Part shown: positions 1-10,096 of the stretch, piece by piece
Layout: the number at the start of each line of letters is the position of its first letter
How positions within the stretch are numbered: position 1 is the stretch's first letter
From: Mobula hypostoma
Taxonomy: Eukaryota
NCBI RefSeq assembly: GCF_963921235.1
Contig: NC_086108.1
Coordinates: 58,406,001 to 58,470,000, forward strand
DNA length: 64,000 nt
Reading direction: 5' to 3'
Notes under the pieces: model-generated
The model's database searches: none
The model's input: only the letters and a program-made list of their open reading frames with translations
What the model was told of the DNA's origin: nothing
Made by a program: the position numbers and the translations under genes

Positions 1-330
1 GAGTCGAGTCTCACTGATGTAGAGGCCACCACACCAGATGCAATAGATGACCCCAAATCGCATGTAAAGCACCGCTTCACCTGGAAGGATTATTTTGGGC
101 TATGAATAATGCTGAGAGAGGTGGTGTAGAGGCAGATGCAGCACTTAGCAAAGTTGCAGTGAAGAGGGACATCAGTGAGGAGGGATGAGAAGATAAGGGA
201 GTTGCAGAGAAAGCCATCCCTTCAGAAAGCAGAGGTGAGGGGAGTAGAAGGGAAAGATTTGTGTGGTGCTGGAATCTCTTTGGGGGGTGGGGTGGGGGAG
301 GATCATTGTCAAAAGTTTTGCTGTCTGCCA
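1..330 (-). mobile_element. Penelope-like element fragment (GIY-YIG endonuclease region), decayed
   Basis: The minus strand reads SFQVKRCFTC..GVIYCIWC.GLYISETR, a degenerate Penelope GIY-YIG motif; frameshifted. Confidence 0.7.
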
Positions 331-356
331 CAATTTCCAGGATCTTCCAGTAATTT

Positions 357-895
357 GGACATGTCTGGCCAGGACCTCCTCTACTGCCATGAAATCAGAA
401 GCAGGTTGAAGGAGCAACACTTTATGTTCCATTTTGGTAGTCTCCAAGTTGATGGCATGAACACTGATTTCTCCCACCCCACCTTTGTTTTCCCTCATCA
501 AGGAGGTCATTGCATCCTTTCTCATCCTCCACCCTCACAACCTACCCATCACCCCTCTATGGTTCCCCACCCTCCTTCCCTTCACTACTGTCCTCTCCAA
601 TTAGATATCTTCAGCTCTTTGCCTCTTCAACCCATCACCTTCTAGCTTCCCACATCATTCCCTTCCATCCCTTTCCCCCACCACCTACATTCCCTCCTCA
701 TCTGAACTTGCCCATTTCTTGCAGTTTGTGTTCATTCCCCTACCTTTTTATTTTGGCTTCTGCTCCCTTCGCTTTCAATCCTGATGATGGGTCTCACCCT
801 GAAATGTCAACTGTATGGATGCTGATGACCTGCTGAATTCTTCGAGCATTTTGTGGGTATTGCTCAAGAATTCCAGCATCTACAGAATCTCGTGT
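357..895 (+). mobile_element. Penelope-like element 3' end with pLTR and degenerate hammerhead motif
   Basis: DMSGQDLLYCHEIRSRLKEQHFMFHFGSLQVDGMNTDFS (end of the GIY-YIG ORF), then a pyrimidine-rich 3' UTR, CTGATGA (781-787)...GAAA (801-804) TGTC and a TTCCAGCATCT-type tail. Inverted relative to 1-330, as is typical of Penelope insertions. Confidence 0.75.
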
Positions 896-1339
896 CAGCA
901 GCAACAGTCTGCTGTTCAGAGAATCTCAGAATCTGATTTGCCCAACATCTAAACTCAGCATTATTCAAAGACTGCAAGGCCTGATGTAAATTAATTTACA
1001 ATAGTGGGAGATAGAAGATGGAAATTTCCTTTGTGGCAGGCAAGTTTACTCAATGCATTAAAGCTTTATACTAGAATTGATCAAACTACACAAGTTAATG
1101 GTCCTATAATGTCAATTGCATAAAAAGCAACTTGGTTACAATGTTGTGGAGATTATATATCAACTGATTTTCTTCAACTATTTGTTTTTCTATAGCCCAA
1201 TATAAAGAATTTAACAGCTAATAACTATACAGAATGCCAAATTATCCATCTTTTGAACATTCACAGACAGAATGGGAGGGAGTAGTAATAATACATTATG
1301 TAGTAATCCAAACTCGCTTAAAAGGAAAAACATCCATAC

Positions 1340-1444
1340 TCATTTGTCGGTCGCCATAGCTGATGGCTTCTGCAAGAGGGCTCCATCCCTGAGCATTTTT
1401 CACCTTTACAAGCGCGTTGTGAGCTAAAAGTAAATGGGCACACT
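1340..1444 (-). CDS. ANKRD13C: ANKRD13C coding exon 3 (105 nt); gene continues beyond the window start
   Basis: ttttcattttcag|AG TGT GCC...CAA ATG A|gtatgg encodes (E)CAHLLLAHNALVKVKNAQGWSPLAEAISYGDRQM; phase 1 at both ends. Confidence 0.95.
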
Positions 1445-1755
1445 CTGAAAATGAAAAAAAAAGAAATGAGTCAAGCTACAATGATATTTTCCAGCTTCAC
1501 ATGAATGGCAAATATTCACTCGCACTATTCATTACTTTCAATTTAAAAGAATGGAACCACAGAAGTATTTCAGTTTAAATATATAAAAAGCGGTTCAATG
1601 CATCTAGCAATGTTTAAGTATATGCATGTCTTTCAGATTAAGGGTGCATAATACAGAGGAAACTAAAGTCTGTGTGGTGTGTTGATGTGACATGCGACAA
1701 AAGAAGACAACATTCAACAATTAGAAGAATGAAGAACTATATAAAAAGTAAATAA

Positions 1756-2484
1756 ATAGACAATAGGTGCAGGAGTAGGCCATTCAGCCCTTTGAGCCAG
1801 CACCGCCATTCACTGTGATCATGGCTGATCATCCATAATCAGTACCCCGTTCCTGCCTTCTCTCCATATCCCTTGACTCCACTATCTTTAAGAGCTCTAT
1901 CTAACCCTTTCTTGAAAGCATCCAGAGAATTGGCCTCCACTGCTTTCTGAGGCAGAGCATTCCACAGATCCACAACTCTCTGGGTGAAAAAGTTTTTCCT
2001 CAACTCTGTTCTAAATGGCCTACCCCTTATTCTTAAACTGTGGCCTCTGGTTCTGGACTCCCCCAACACCAGGAACATGTTTCCTGCCTCTGGCATGTCC
2101 AATCCCTTAATAATCTTATATGTTTCAATCAGATCCCCTCTCATCCTTCTAAATTCCAGTGTATACAAGCTCAGTCGCTCCAATCTTTCAACATATGACA
2201 GTACCGCCATCCCGGGAGTTAACCTCGTGAACCTACGCTGCGCTCCCTCAATAGCAAGAATGTTCTTCCTCAAATTTGGAGACCAGAACTGCACACAATA
2301 CTCCAGGTGTGGTTTCACCAGGGCAATTCACAATTGCAGAAGGACCTCTTTGCTCCTATACTCAACTCCCCTCATTATGAAGGCCAACATGCCATTAGCT
2401 TTCTTCACTGCCTGCTGTACCTGCATGCTTACTTTCAGTGACTGATGAACAAGGACACCTAGATCTCGTTGTACTTCCCCTTTT
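1756..2484 (-). mobile_element. CR1 LINE 3' fragment
   Basis: RT C-terminus (PHLEYCVQFWSP...RGDLIETYKI...RTRGHSL...RVVDLWNALP) plus CR1 3' UTR. Confidence 0.9.
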
Positions 2485-2929
2485 GGGAAAACTTGGAGAT
2501 TAGAGTACATACAAGGAATAAACTGTGGTTTAAAGTGTTTAAGGTGGCTTAAGGAGTTAAGTGTTGTTTCAGATGACTGATATTAATAGCCTGTTACATC
2601 CCTTTCAGAACTACTTGTATAACCTGGCATTTTTGTGGTGTGAACTGAAGTTTTAAAAGTGGAGGACGGTTGTGCCGTGGCATGTGTGGGCCAAATTAAG
2701 GTGACAGAGGCTCTAATTGTTTCCTAATACCGTACATGAAAATGTACATGACAAATAAAGCTAATCCTTCATTTGTTAACTCCCAACACAAGTTAACATA
2801 TTATCAATCAAATCGACAATTTCAATGAAACAAAACAGTAATGCTATAAGAAGGAGATAAGACAAAGTTTCAGTTCAAACTTCCAGGTTAACTTTCAGTT
2901 GGGATGAGATATGCAGACAAAACCTATCA

Positions 2930-4570
2930 TAAATGTCTTTGATGATTCATTGCCCAATGAACTTAGTGCCTTTTATGCACACTTTGAAAAGGAAAATATA
3001 CTACAACTATGCGAATCACTGAAGCACCTGGCAACCTTGTGATAAGAGTCTCTGAGGCATCATTTAAGAGGGTGAACTGTTGCAAGACATCAGGCCCCAA
3101 GGGTGCACCTGGCAGGACGGCTGGAATGTTCAAGGACATCTTCAGTCACTCACTGCTGCAGTCAGAGGTTCTCAGCTGCTTCAAAAGGGCATTAATCATA
3201 CTGGTACCCAAGAACAGCAGAGAGAGCTGCCTCAACGACGATTGTCCAGTAGCATTCACATCTACTTTGAGGGGTTGGTTATGGCCAGCATTAATTCCTG
3301 CCTGAGCAAAGACCTGAACCCTCTGCACCTTGCCTACCCTAACACCAGGTCTAAAGTGGATGCAATCTCACAGGCTCTCCATTTGGCCTTGGACCACCTG
3401 GACAATAAGAATAACCACATCAGGCTGCTGTTTAATAATTACAGCTCAGCACTAATTAACAAACTTCAAAACCTGTGCCTCCATACCCAGAACTGGATCC
3501 TTAACTTCCTCATCAGGAGATTGATCAGTGCGGATCGGAAATAACAAGTCCTCCTTGCTCATCATCAACAGGTGCAACTCAAGGGTGCATCCTTAGCCCA
3601 CTGCTCTTCTCTGTACACTCATGACTGTGTGGCTGAGCACAGCTCAAACTGCACCTATAAATTCACCAATGACATCAGTGTTGTGACAGAATTGGTGACG
3701 AGGCATACAGAAATGAGATAATTTGATTGGGAGAGTGCTGTCACAACAACAACCTTGCACTCAATGTCAATAAGACTAAGGAATTGATTGTGGACTTCAG
3801 GAAGGGGAAGTATAGAGAACATACATTAGTCCTCATTGAAGGGTCAGCAGTGTAAGGGGTGAGCTGCTTCAAGTTCCTGGGTGCCAACATCTCAGATGAT
3901 CAATTGTGGGCCAACTATATTGACACTATTACAAAGATACACCAATAGCTATATTTCATTAGGAGTTTGAGGAGATTTGGTATGTCCCTAAAGACGCTAG
4001 CAAATTTCTACAGATGTGCTGCAGAGAGCATGGGTGCAGCACCGTTCAATATTGAGGCACCAATGCACAGGACTGGAAAAAGCTGAAAAGGGTTTCAGTC
4101 TTAGCAGTTCCATCATGGGCACTAGCCTCCCACCATCGTGGACATTTTCAAAAGTGATGCCTCAAGGTGGCAGCATCAAGGAGAAGCATCACCATCTGAG
4201 ACATGGACTCTTTTCATTGCTACCAGAGTGAAGGCACAGGAGTGTCTGAAGACACAAACTCAACAGTTTAAGAACAGGTTCTTCCCTCCTGCTCAACACA
4301 CAGAAAATGCTGGAGGAATTCAGCAGGCCAGACAGCATCTATGGAAAAAAGTACAGTAGATGTTTCAGGCTGAATCCCTTCGGCAGGACTCTTCCCTTCT
4401 CCTACTTGATTTCTGAAGGGTCCATGAACACTGTTTCACTATTTTGCTCTTATTTCATACTCTATTTTTATATATTTTGTTGTAATTTATAGAAATTTGC
4501 ATATTGCACAGTACTGCTACTGCAAAACAAGTCTCACAACAAATCTAATAATAAACCCGATTCTGATTAT
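2930..4570 (+). mobile_element. Rex1/Babar-type LINE, 5'-truncated and decayed
   Basis: AYPNTRSKVDAISQALHLALDHLDNKNNHIRLLF motif, KTKELIVDFRK-type motif and AATAAACCCGATTCTGATT tail. Confidence 0.8.
4294..4389 (-). mobile_element. Single-arm Penelope pLTR-derived short element with degenerate hammerhead
   Basis: Minus strand GTCCTGCCGAAGGGATTCAGCCTGAAACATCTACT...TGTGTGTTG; flanked by tcttccctcctgct (4280-4293) and tcttcccttctcct (4390-4403), a 14-bp TSD with 2 mismatches. Confidence 0.7.
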
Positions 4571-5129
4571 TTGGTTTCTGTGCACATGGGTCAGCAAAAT
4601 CAATCAAGATTGCCACTCTTGCAAGAACTCCACTAAGTGACGACATCTTTGTAGTTGAGTGATCAGGAATTACTGGCCAATCTTTGGCTGTACCAATGGT
4701 GAGGCCTTCACATTTTGTCATCATTTGAAATTGATATCTGTAGGATATCCACTGTTAAATAAATGGCAAACATTAAGCTTTATTGAACGAGTGAATAAGT
4801 TTTTAAAGTAGCATACCAGGCCATAATCAGATCTTTGCAAATACCCCAACTCCAAAAAAAGACTTCTGAAGAAAATAATAGTACTTTATAAAGTTTGCAT
4901 TTAATCTGTGCAAGTCCCAATATTTAGTACTCTGTTTAAGACATTAGTCAAAAATTGTGCTTCTGAGATGCAAGAATTCTTCAGCACAACATTTAGCCAC
5001 CTTAATGCAAGACATTAAGGATACTCTTGAATGGACATACAAAAATAAGTTATGTTGGAAAGGGAAGGTCCACAAGGACAGAGAGTAGCTTTCTTCAATG
5101 TCAGCAGTAGGCATCACTGCTTTTCCACT

Positions 5130-5625
5130 GACTGTACTGGTCCCCACCTGGCACTCAGCTCTCACCTGTGGCTCCCCGTAGCTGTTTGCATGCAACAGCG
5201 GCCACACCCCGGGCAACGGCTTCGACAAGCCGGCTAAACCAGGTGAGGGTAGCTGACGGGTCTCAAACCCTCGGTGAGATAGAGAGTTGTCTATCCCAGC
5301 ATGTGAAGACAGACTCCGGCGGATTGAGCGGACGAGACCAATGGAAGGTCCAACGGTCAAGAAGGCGGTCTCTGCAAGCGTCGTGGAACGTGTAGAGCAG
5401 GACAAGACACAGAAGACGTCCTGGTCATCCACTGCGCCTAGTCCCATCTCCAGCCGTCTCGACTCTGTCTTGCCACTGGATCCAGATGGAAATTGGGAAG
5501 AGAGAGTGAGGCTGACGCTGCACAACTCTCCCTCACTTAAATCCAAGTCACGCGCTAGTCTCAACACCATCAATAATGGTGTCGAGGTCCTCATCGACGT
5601 ACGATGGACGAACAACAACAATAAC
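5130..5625 (+). mobile_element. RTE-type non-autonomous short element with (AAC)n tail and HDV-like 5' fold
   Basis: GC/CpG-rich ~500 bp island with two 3' stem-loops (ACACCAT..ATGGTGT and CATCG..CGATG) and an AACAACAAC tail (5611-5625). The 5' boundary is uncertain. Confidence 0.6.
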
Positions 5626-6497
5626 TAGTTAGAATAAATGTTGTTTTATTTTATGTCGTCTTATGTTCAACGCTTTTACAAGAGGGAGGAAGCAGGCCAG
5701 TCAAAAGGTTCTGGGGCTCCTTGAATGATCCGACTTTACACAAATTCTCCCATACATTTTACAAGCAACAAATAGCAAAAGTACATGAGGTGGTACAATG
5801 TGGGTTTACTATAGAAAATGGACATTTCTGAATTACGGAAGTCAGCTTACAGACATTTTTCAGGAACACAACCTTTATAGTCCAAATAAGGGCAGCTTTA
5901 TTAATACACATTTTCACAAACAAGCTTCTCTTCAAAGACACTCTAAACAATCTACATTTGCTGGAATATATACTGATATTTAAATTACGTAGCTCACAAA
6001 AATACCCAAGCTATCAATTTACGAATTGCTGACCTAAAAATTTAGTTTTAACCAGATTTTTCTATTTAACAACACCTGATCTCAATTAAGATTGTCACAA
6101 TTCGGATCTTAAGGTTACAAATTTTTAGAGTCTGAAGAATTTTTCCTTGTTCTACTTTTGCTACAATAAGAAATTTGAAAAAAAACATAACAGATGGTGA
6201 CACATTCAATCATTCTGTTCAAAAATTCCCTCCTAGTGTGTCATTAAATAATGTTTTGAATGACGTATTTGACCTTGTTAATACTTCACCAACCAGTTTA
6301 CTAGTAGCCATATCTGAACAAATTTTGGGAGGGGTAGTTCAAAAAGACAACTATGAAGCAACACTGCCACACAAAATAGAGGCAGCTGCCAGACCTGCTT
6401 TTGTACCAGAGATTACACAATGCTACACAAAATACCGTGAAATGAGAAGCTTGGGGAACAACAAATATTACTCAGAAACTCGCTATCACAGCCATTT

Positions 6498-6533
6498 AGT
6501 CCTGACGAAGGGTCTCGGCCTGAAACGTCGACT
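6498..6533 (+). ncRNA. Minimal type I hammerhead ribozyme (copy 1)
   Basis: Stem I AGTC/GACT, core CTGACGA (6502-6508), stem II AGG..CCT (or GGGT..GCCT), GAAA (6522-6525), palindromic ACGT stem III and GUC cleavage triplet (6527-6529). Confidence 0.75.
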
Positions 6534-6807
6534 GCGCCTCTTCCTATAGATGCTGCCTGGCCTGCTGCGTTCACCAGCAACTTTGATGTGTGTTGCTTGA
6601 ATTTCCAGCATCTGCAGAATTCCTGTTGTTTGCGTTTAAATTCACTACTGCGAAGCCTCTTCCGGTGATGCCTACACCGAAGAAGTTTAGATCCTCTCTT
6701 CGACGGGAGTTCAGTGAAACCATCTCTCACTGCTCCCCATCTGTGATTTCTTCGGCTCTTCAACTTTTCGACCAGACTTTGACTCAAACTCGCTATCACA
6801 GCCATTT

Positions 6808-6843
6808 AGTCCTGACGAAGGGTCTCGGCCTGAAACGTCGACT
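6808..6843 (+). ncRNA. Minimal type I hammerhead ribozyme (copy 2)
   Basis: Identical to 6498-6533; predicted cleavage after 6839. Confidence 0.75.
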
Positions 6844-7074
6844 GCGCCTCTTCCTATAGATGCTGCCTGGCCTGCTGCGTTCACCAGCAACTTTGATGTG
6901 TGTTGCTTGAATTTCCAGCATCTGCAGAATTCCTGTTGTTTTAGTCAGAAACTTATTGTTTGAAATTGGCCACAAAATATCCCATCAATTATATTGTCAA
7001 GATTATCAATGCAAACATTGTGAAGGGATGTGGGGGTAGGGCAAGCTAATAAATTATTCCTTAGGCTCTTAAGG

Positions 7075-7245
7075 GTTGCAGATAGTGTAGTGGTTAATGT
7101 AACGATTTACATCGCCAGCAACTGAAAGATCGGAGTTCAATTCGCATCGCTGTAAGGAGTTAGTACATTCTCCCATGACTGCATGGATTTCCTCAGGGTA
7201 CTCCAGTTCACAACCACATTCAAGAATAAGCTGCTGGGTATGCAA
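7075..7245 (+). mobile_element. tRNA-derived SINE (V-SINE/HE1-like) fragment
   Basis: A-box-like TAGTGTAGTGG, B-box-like GGAGTTCAATTC, then a V-domain-like GTACATTCTCCCATGACTGCATGGATTTCCTCAGGGTACTCCAGTT. Confidence 0.6.
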
Positions 7246-7599
7246 TTGACACAATCTATAGAAGCAATAATGTAACTAAAGCTTCAATTTTAGGGTGCTA
7301 TCCAAGGGGTGGGAATAAAAAGATATTGATTTGCTTATCTCAACAACGGATACAGAGGATTTTGCAGGTGCAGCGACAGTGTTACTCATCAATGCTTCTA
7401 AATCTCAAAAGCATACAGGAGGGTTGCAATCATTGTGCCTGGCTGGCCAGTTTTGTGCCCTTGTTTGAAAACTTGGCCTTCAAAATGTTTTTATCAGGTA
7501 GCCAAACACCATACTGGTTGATCAAAGGCAATGGAGAACATCATTTTTAATGTCAAGTTTTTGTTGAGAGGTGGTTCATGGTAATACACGTTGGCCTAA

Positions 7600-8215
7600 G
7601 TTCAAAGTAACTTATCAAAGTACATACATATCACCGGATACTGTACAATCCTGAGATTCATTTTCTGGTGGGCATTAACAGTAAATACAAAGAAACACAA
7701 TAGAATCAATGAAAGATCACATCCAACAAGCTGGACAATCGCCAATGTGCAAAAGACAACAAACTGCACAAAAAGAGAAAAAAAAATAAACAATTAATAT
7801 ATCAAGAACATGAGATGAAGAATCCTTCAAAGTGAGTTTTAGGAACAGTTCAGTAATGGGATAACTGAAGTTGAGTGAAGTTATCCCTCTGGTTCAAGAG
7901 CCTGATAGCTGAGGGTTAATAACTGCTCCTGAACCTGGTGTTGTGGGACCTACGGCTCCTAAACTTCATTCCTAATGGCAGTAACAAGAAGAGAACAGAG
8001 TTTGCATTTGGGGGTGGGTGGTCCTTGATGATGGGTGTTGCTTTCCTGCCACAGTGCTTCCTGTGATTGTGTTCACTGGTGGGAAAGACTTTACCCATGG
8101 TGGACTAGGCTGTACCCACTACTTTTTAAATAGGCTTTTCCGTTCAAAGGGATTGGTGTTTTCATACCACGTTGTGATGCAACCAGTCAATAGAAGTTTG
8201 TCAAGGTTTTAAATA
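7600..8215 (-). mobile_element. Rex1/Babar LINE 3' end
   Basis: Minus strand KATPIIKDH...SHNTRFRSSY and the AT-rich 3' UTR shared with 52160-52418/55301-55683. Confidence 0.7.
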
Positions 8216-9376
8216 GTGTGCCAAATCTTCATAGAGGTCCTTACCTCTAGAGTCTTGCTCTTTAGCTTCTGCTTGTTATGTGGGCAGGAGTCAGCCAGAT
8301 GATCAGACTTCTTGAAATGCAGTTCAAGGTCTTACCATAGACTTTAATATACAGGTAAGCAACATTCAGTAAACAAATTTCTGTGAGGCAGCCAAATCCA
8401 AGAAGGGCATTCATTCCACAATCCTACTTACTGGACGCAATCTCAAAATCAAAGGCCACCTACTAATTGTCTTGGAAGTGCCACCAGGCCTTGTCATTTT
8501 GTCTCTAGGTGTTCAAAGTCAGTCCAAAATTCAATTCAGTGAGCAATCTTGAGCATCGGAAGACAGTGGACGTGTTAATCTTCAGTGGAATGCACAGCAT
8601 TGTGGTTGCCACAAGTAGATATCTAAAATGATTACTATTATCACATCTTAAGACCTCATCTAAGTCCAGAGAAACAAGACTGAATTTATTCAAAGCTTCT
8701 CTTTATAAAATTTTTAGAACTTCAGAGTTGATGTGCTCCCAAGGTTTCTTTTTAAGTTTGGATCAAGTAGGTTGCTATAAAGTCAAAATTACTTGTACCA
8801 AAAAGGGTATGCCAAGTGCTACTTCCAAGGTACACCCATTCTACTTACCAAGAGTTCTCCTCTGTAATCCTGACCACAACTTACATATTGTCCAAAAAAG
8901 ATGTTAAGCAAGCACTTGATGTATTGAGTGCCATGATTAGCAAACAAGAAAGCCCACCCTGACACCTTTCACAACATTGCCTTTTATTAGGATTACCTGA
9001 AGAATTTACTGCCCAATTATCATCAACAGAGGTCCCAATACACTTGACCACTGTTGCACAATGATCAGAGATGCCTACTGTTTTACCCCTAGACAGGATT
9101 TTGGAAAATCTCATCATCTGGCTGCCTTCCTCCTACCTGCAAGCACCAGAGGCGAGGACAACAAAGAGGTGGTCACGGGAGGCACAGGATTGGTTTAAGT
9201 CAGTGGACAGGGCCATGTTCGAGGACTCATCGAAGATCTGAATGAGTACATAAATGCAATCACGGACTTTATAAAATCACTCATGGATGAGTGTGCCCCC
9301 CAAAAATCATTCAGTCTTCCCCAAAAGAAACCCTGGATGAATCAAGAGAGCCGCACACTGCTGAGAGCTAGATTGG

Positions 9377-9752
9377 TGTCAAGCACCTTTCAACTACATC
9401 TTATAAAAAAGAACAATGAACTCAGAGTGGATCAATCAAATGCACATTCATTTTACTTGCTGCAAGGGAAGATCACTGCACAAGAGCCGGTGGTAACTTC
9501 GAAAAATACAAAACAGCATTGGCACTCTTTTATAAAAAAGTGTTAGCTACCTGTGCCAGTTCAGGAATAGGGTGCATTCTGTTTGTCTGCTTAATTAATG
9601 TACTCGGCATTCGTCCAGTAACTGAATCCACTTGTCTTTCTGCAGTTTATCATATACTCAAGGTCCATCAGCATAATGTTGCACAGACACTATTAGCAAA
9701 CTACTCCGGTACAATGCAGGATTCATTTTGTTACTCCAAGGACAATTCCACA
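9377..9752. mobile_element. Putative solo LTR
   Basis: 376-bp insert with TGT...ACA ends and ttgg/tagg flanks; the host Rex sequence rejoins across it. Confidence 0.4.
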
Positions 9753-10096
9753 TAGGTGGTGTTCAGGTCGGGCAACCCAGAGAAGTACAAGAGGTCCAGA
9801 TACAGCCTCTGGAAAGTCATCTCTCGTGCAAAAAGACAATTCTGGAACAAACTTGAATCATAGAAGAATGCTCAACAGCAGTGGCAGGGCTTGAATGCTA
9901 TCACCTCATGCAACGTAAAATCAAGTGATATATGTGCCAACAAGATTTTGCTCCTAGGCAAGCTCAATGCTTCTTATGCTTGCTTTGACCAAAAGAACAC
10001 CGAAGGCACCTTCACAAACCACAGCCCACGGACGACCTTGTAATTTCAGTCTCCGAAGCTGATGAGAGAGTATTCTTCAAGAGGGAAAACCCACGG

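Larger units (their letters stand above)
6481..6940 (+). mobile_element. Non-autonomous Penelope-derived tandem element with two hammerhead ribozymes
   Basis: Identical direct repeats 6476-6631 and 6786-6941 (offset 310 nt); TSD ttactcagaaact (6468-6480) / ttagtcagaaact (6941-6953). Confidence 0.85.

Noticed and set aside
4944..5628. 225-aa (minus) and 113-aa (plus) ORFs
   Set aside because: No recognisable domain; they overlap a GC-rich RTE-type element where stop codons are scarce by chance.
6476..6941. CRISPR-like array or assembly duplication
   Set aside because: Only two long repeats in eukaryotic DNA; the flanking TSD and pLTR architecture explain it as a retro-insertion.
8300..9100. 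Possible old coding relic
   Set aside because: No convincing motif in any frame; left unannotated.
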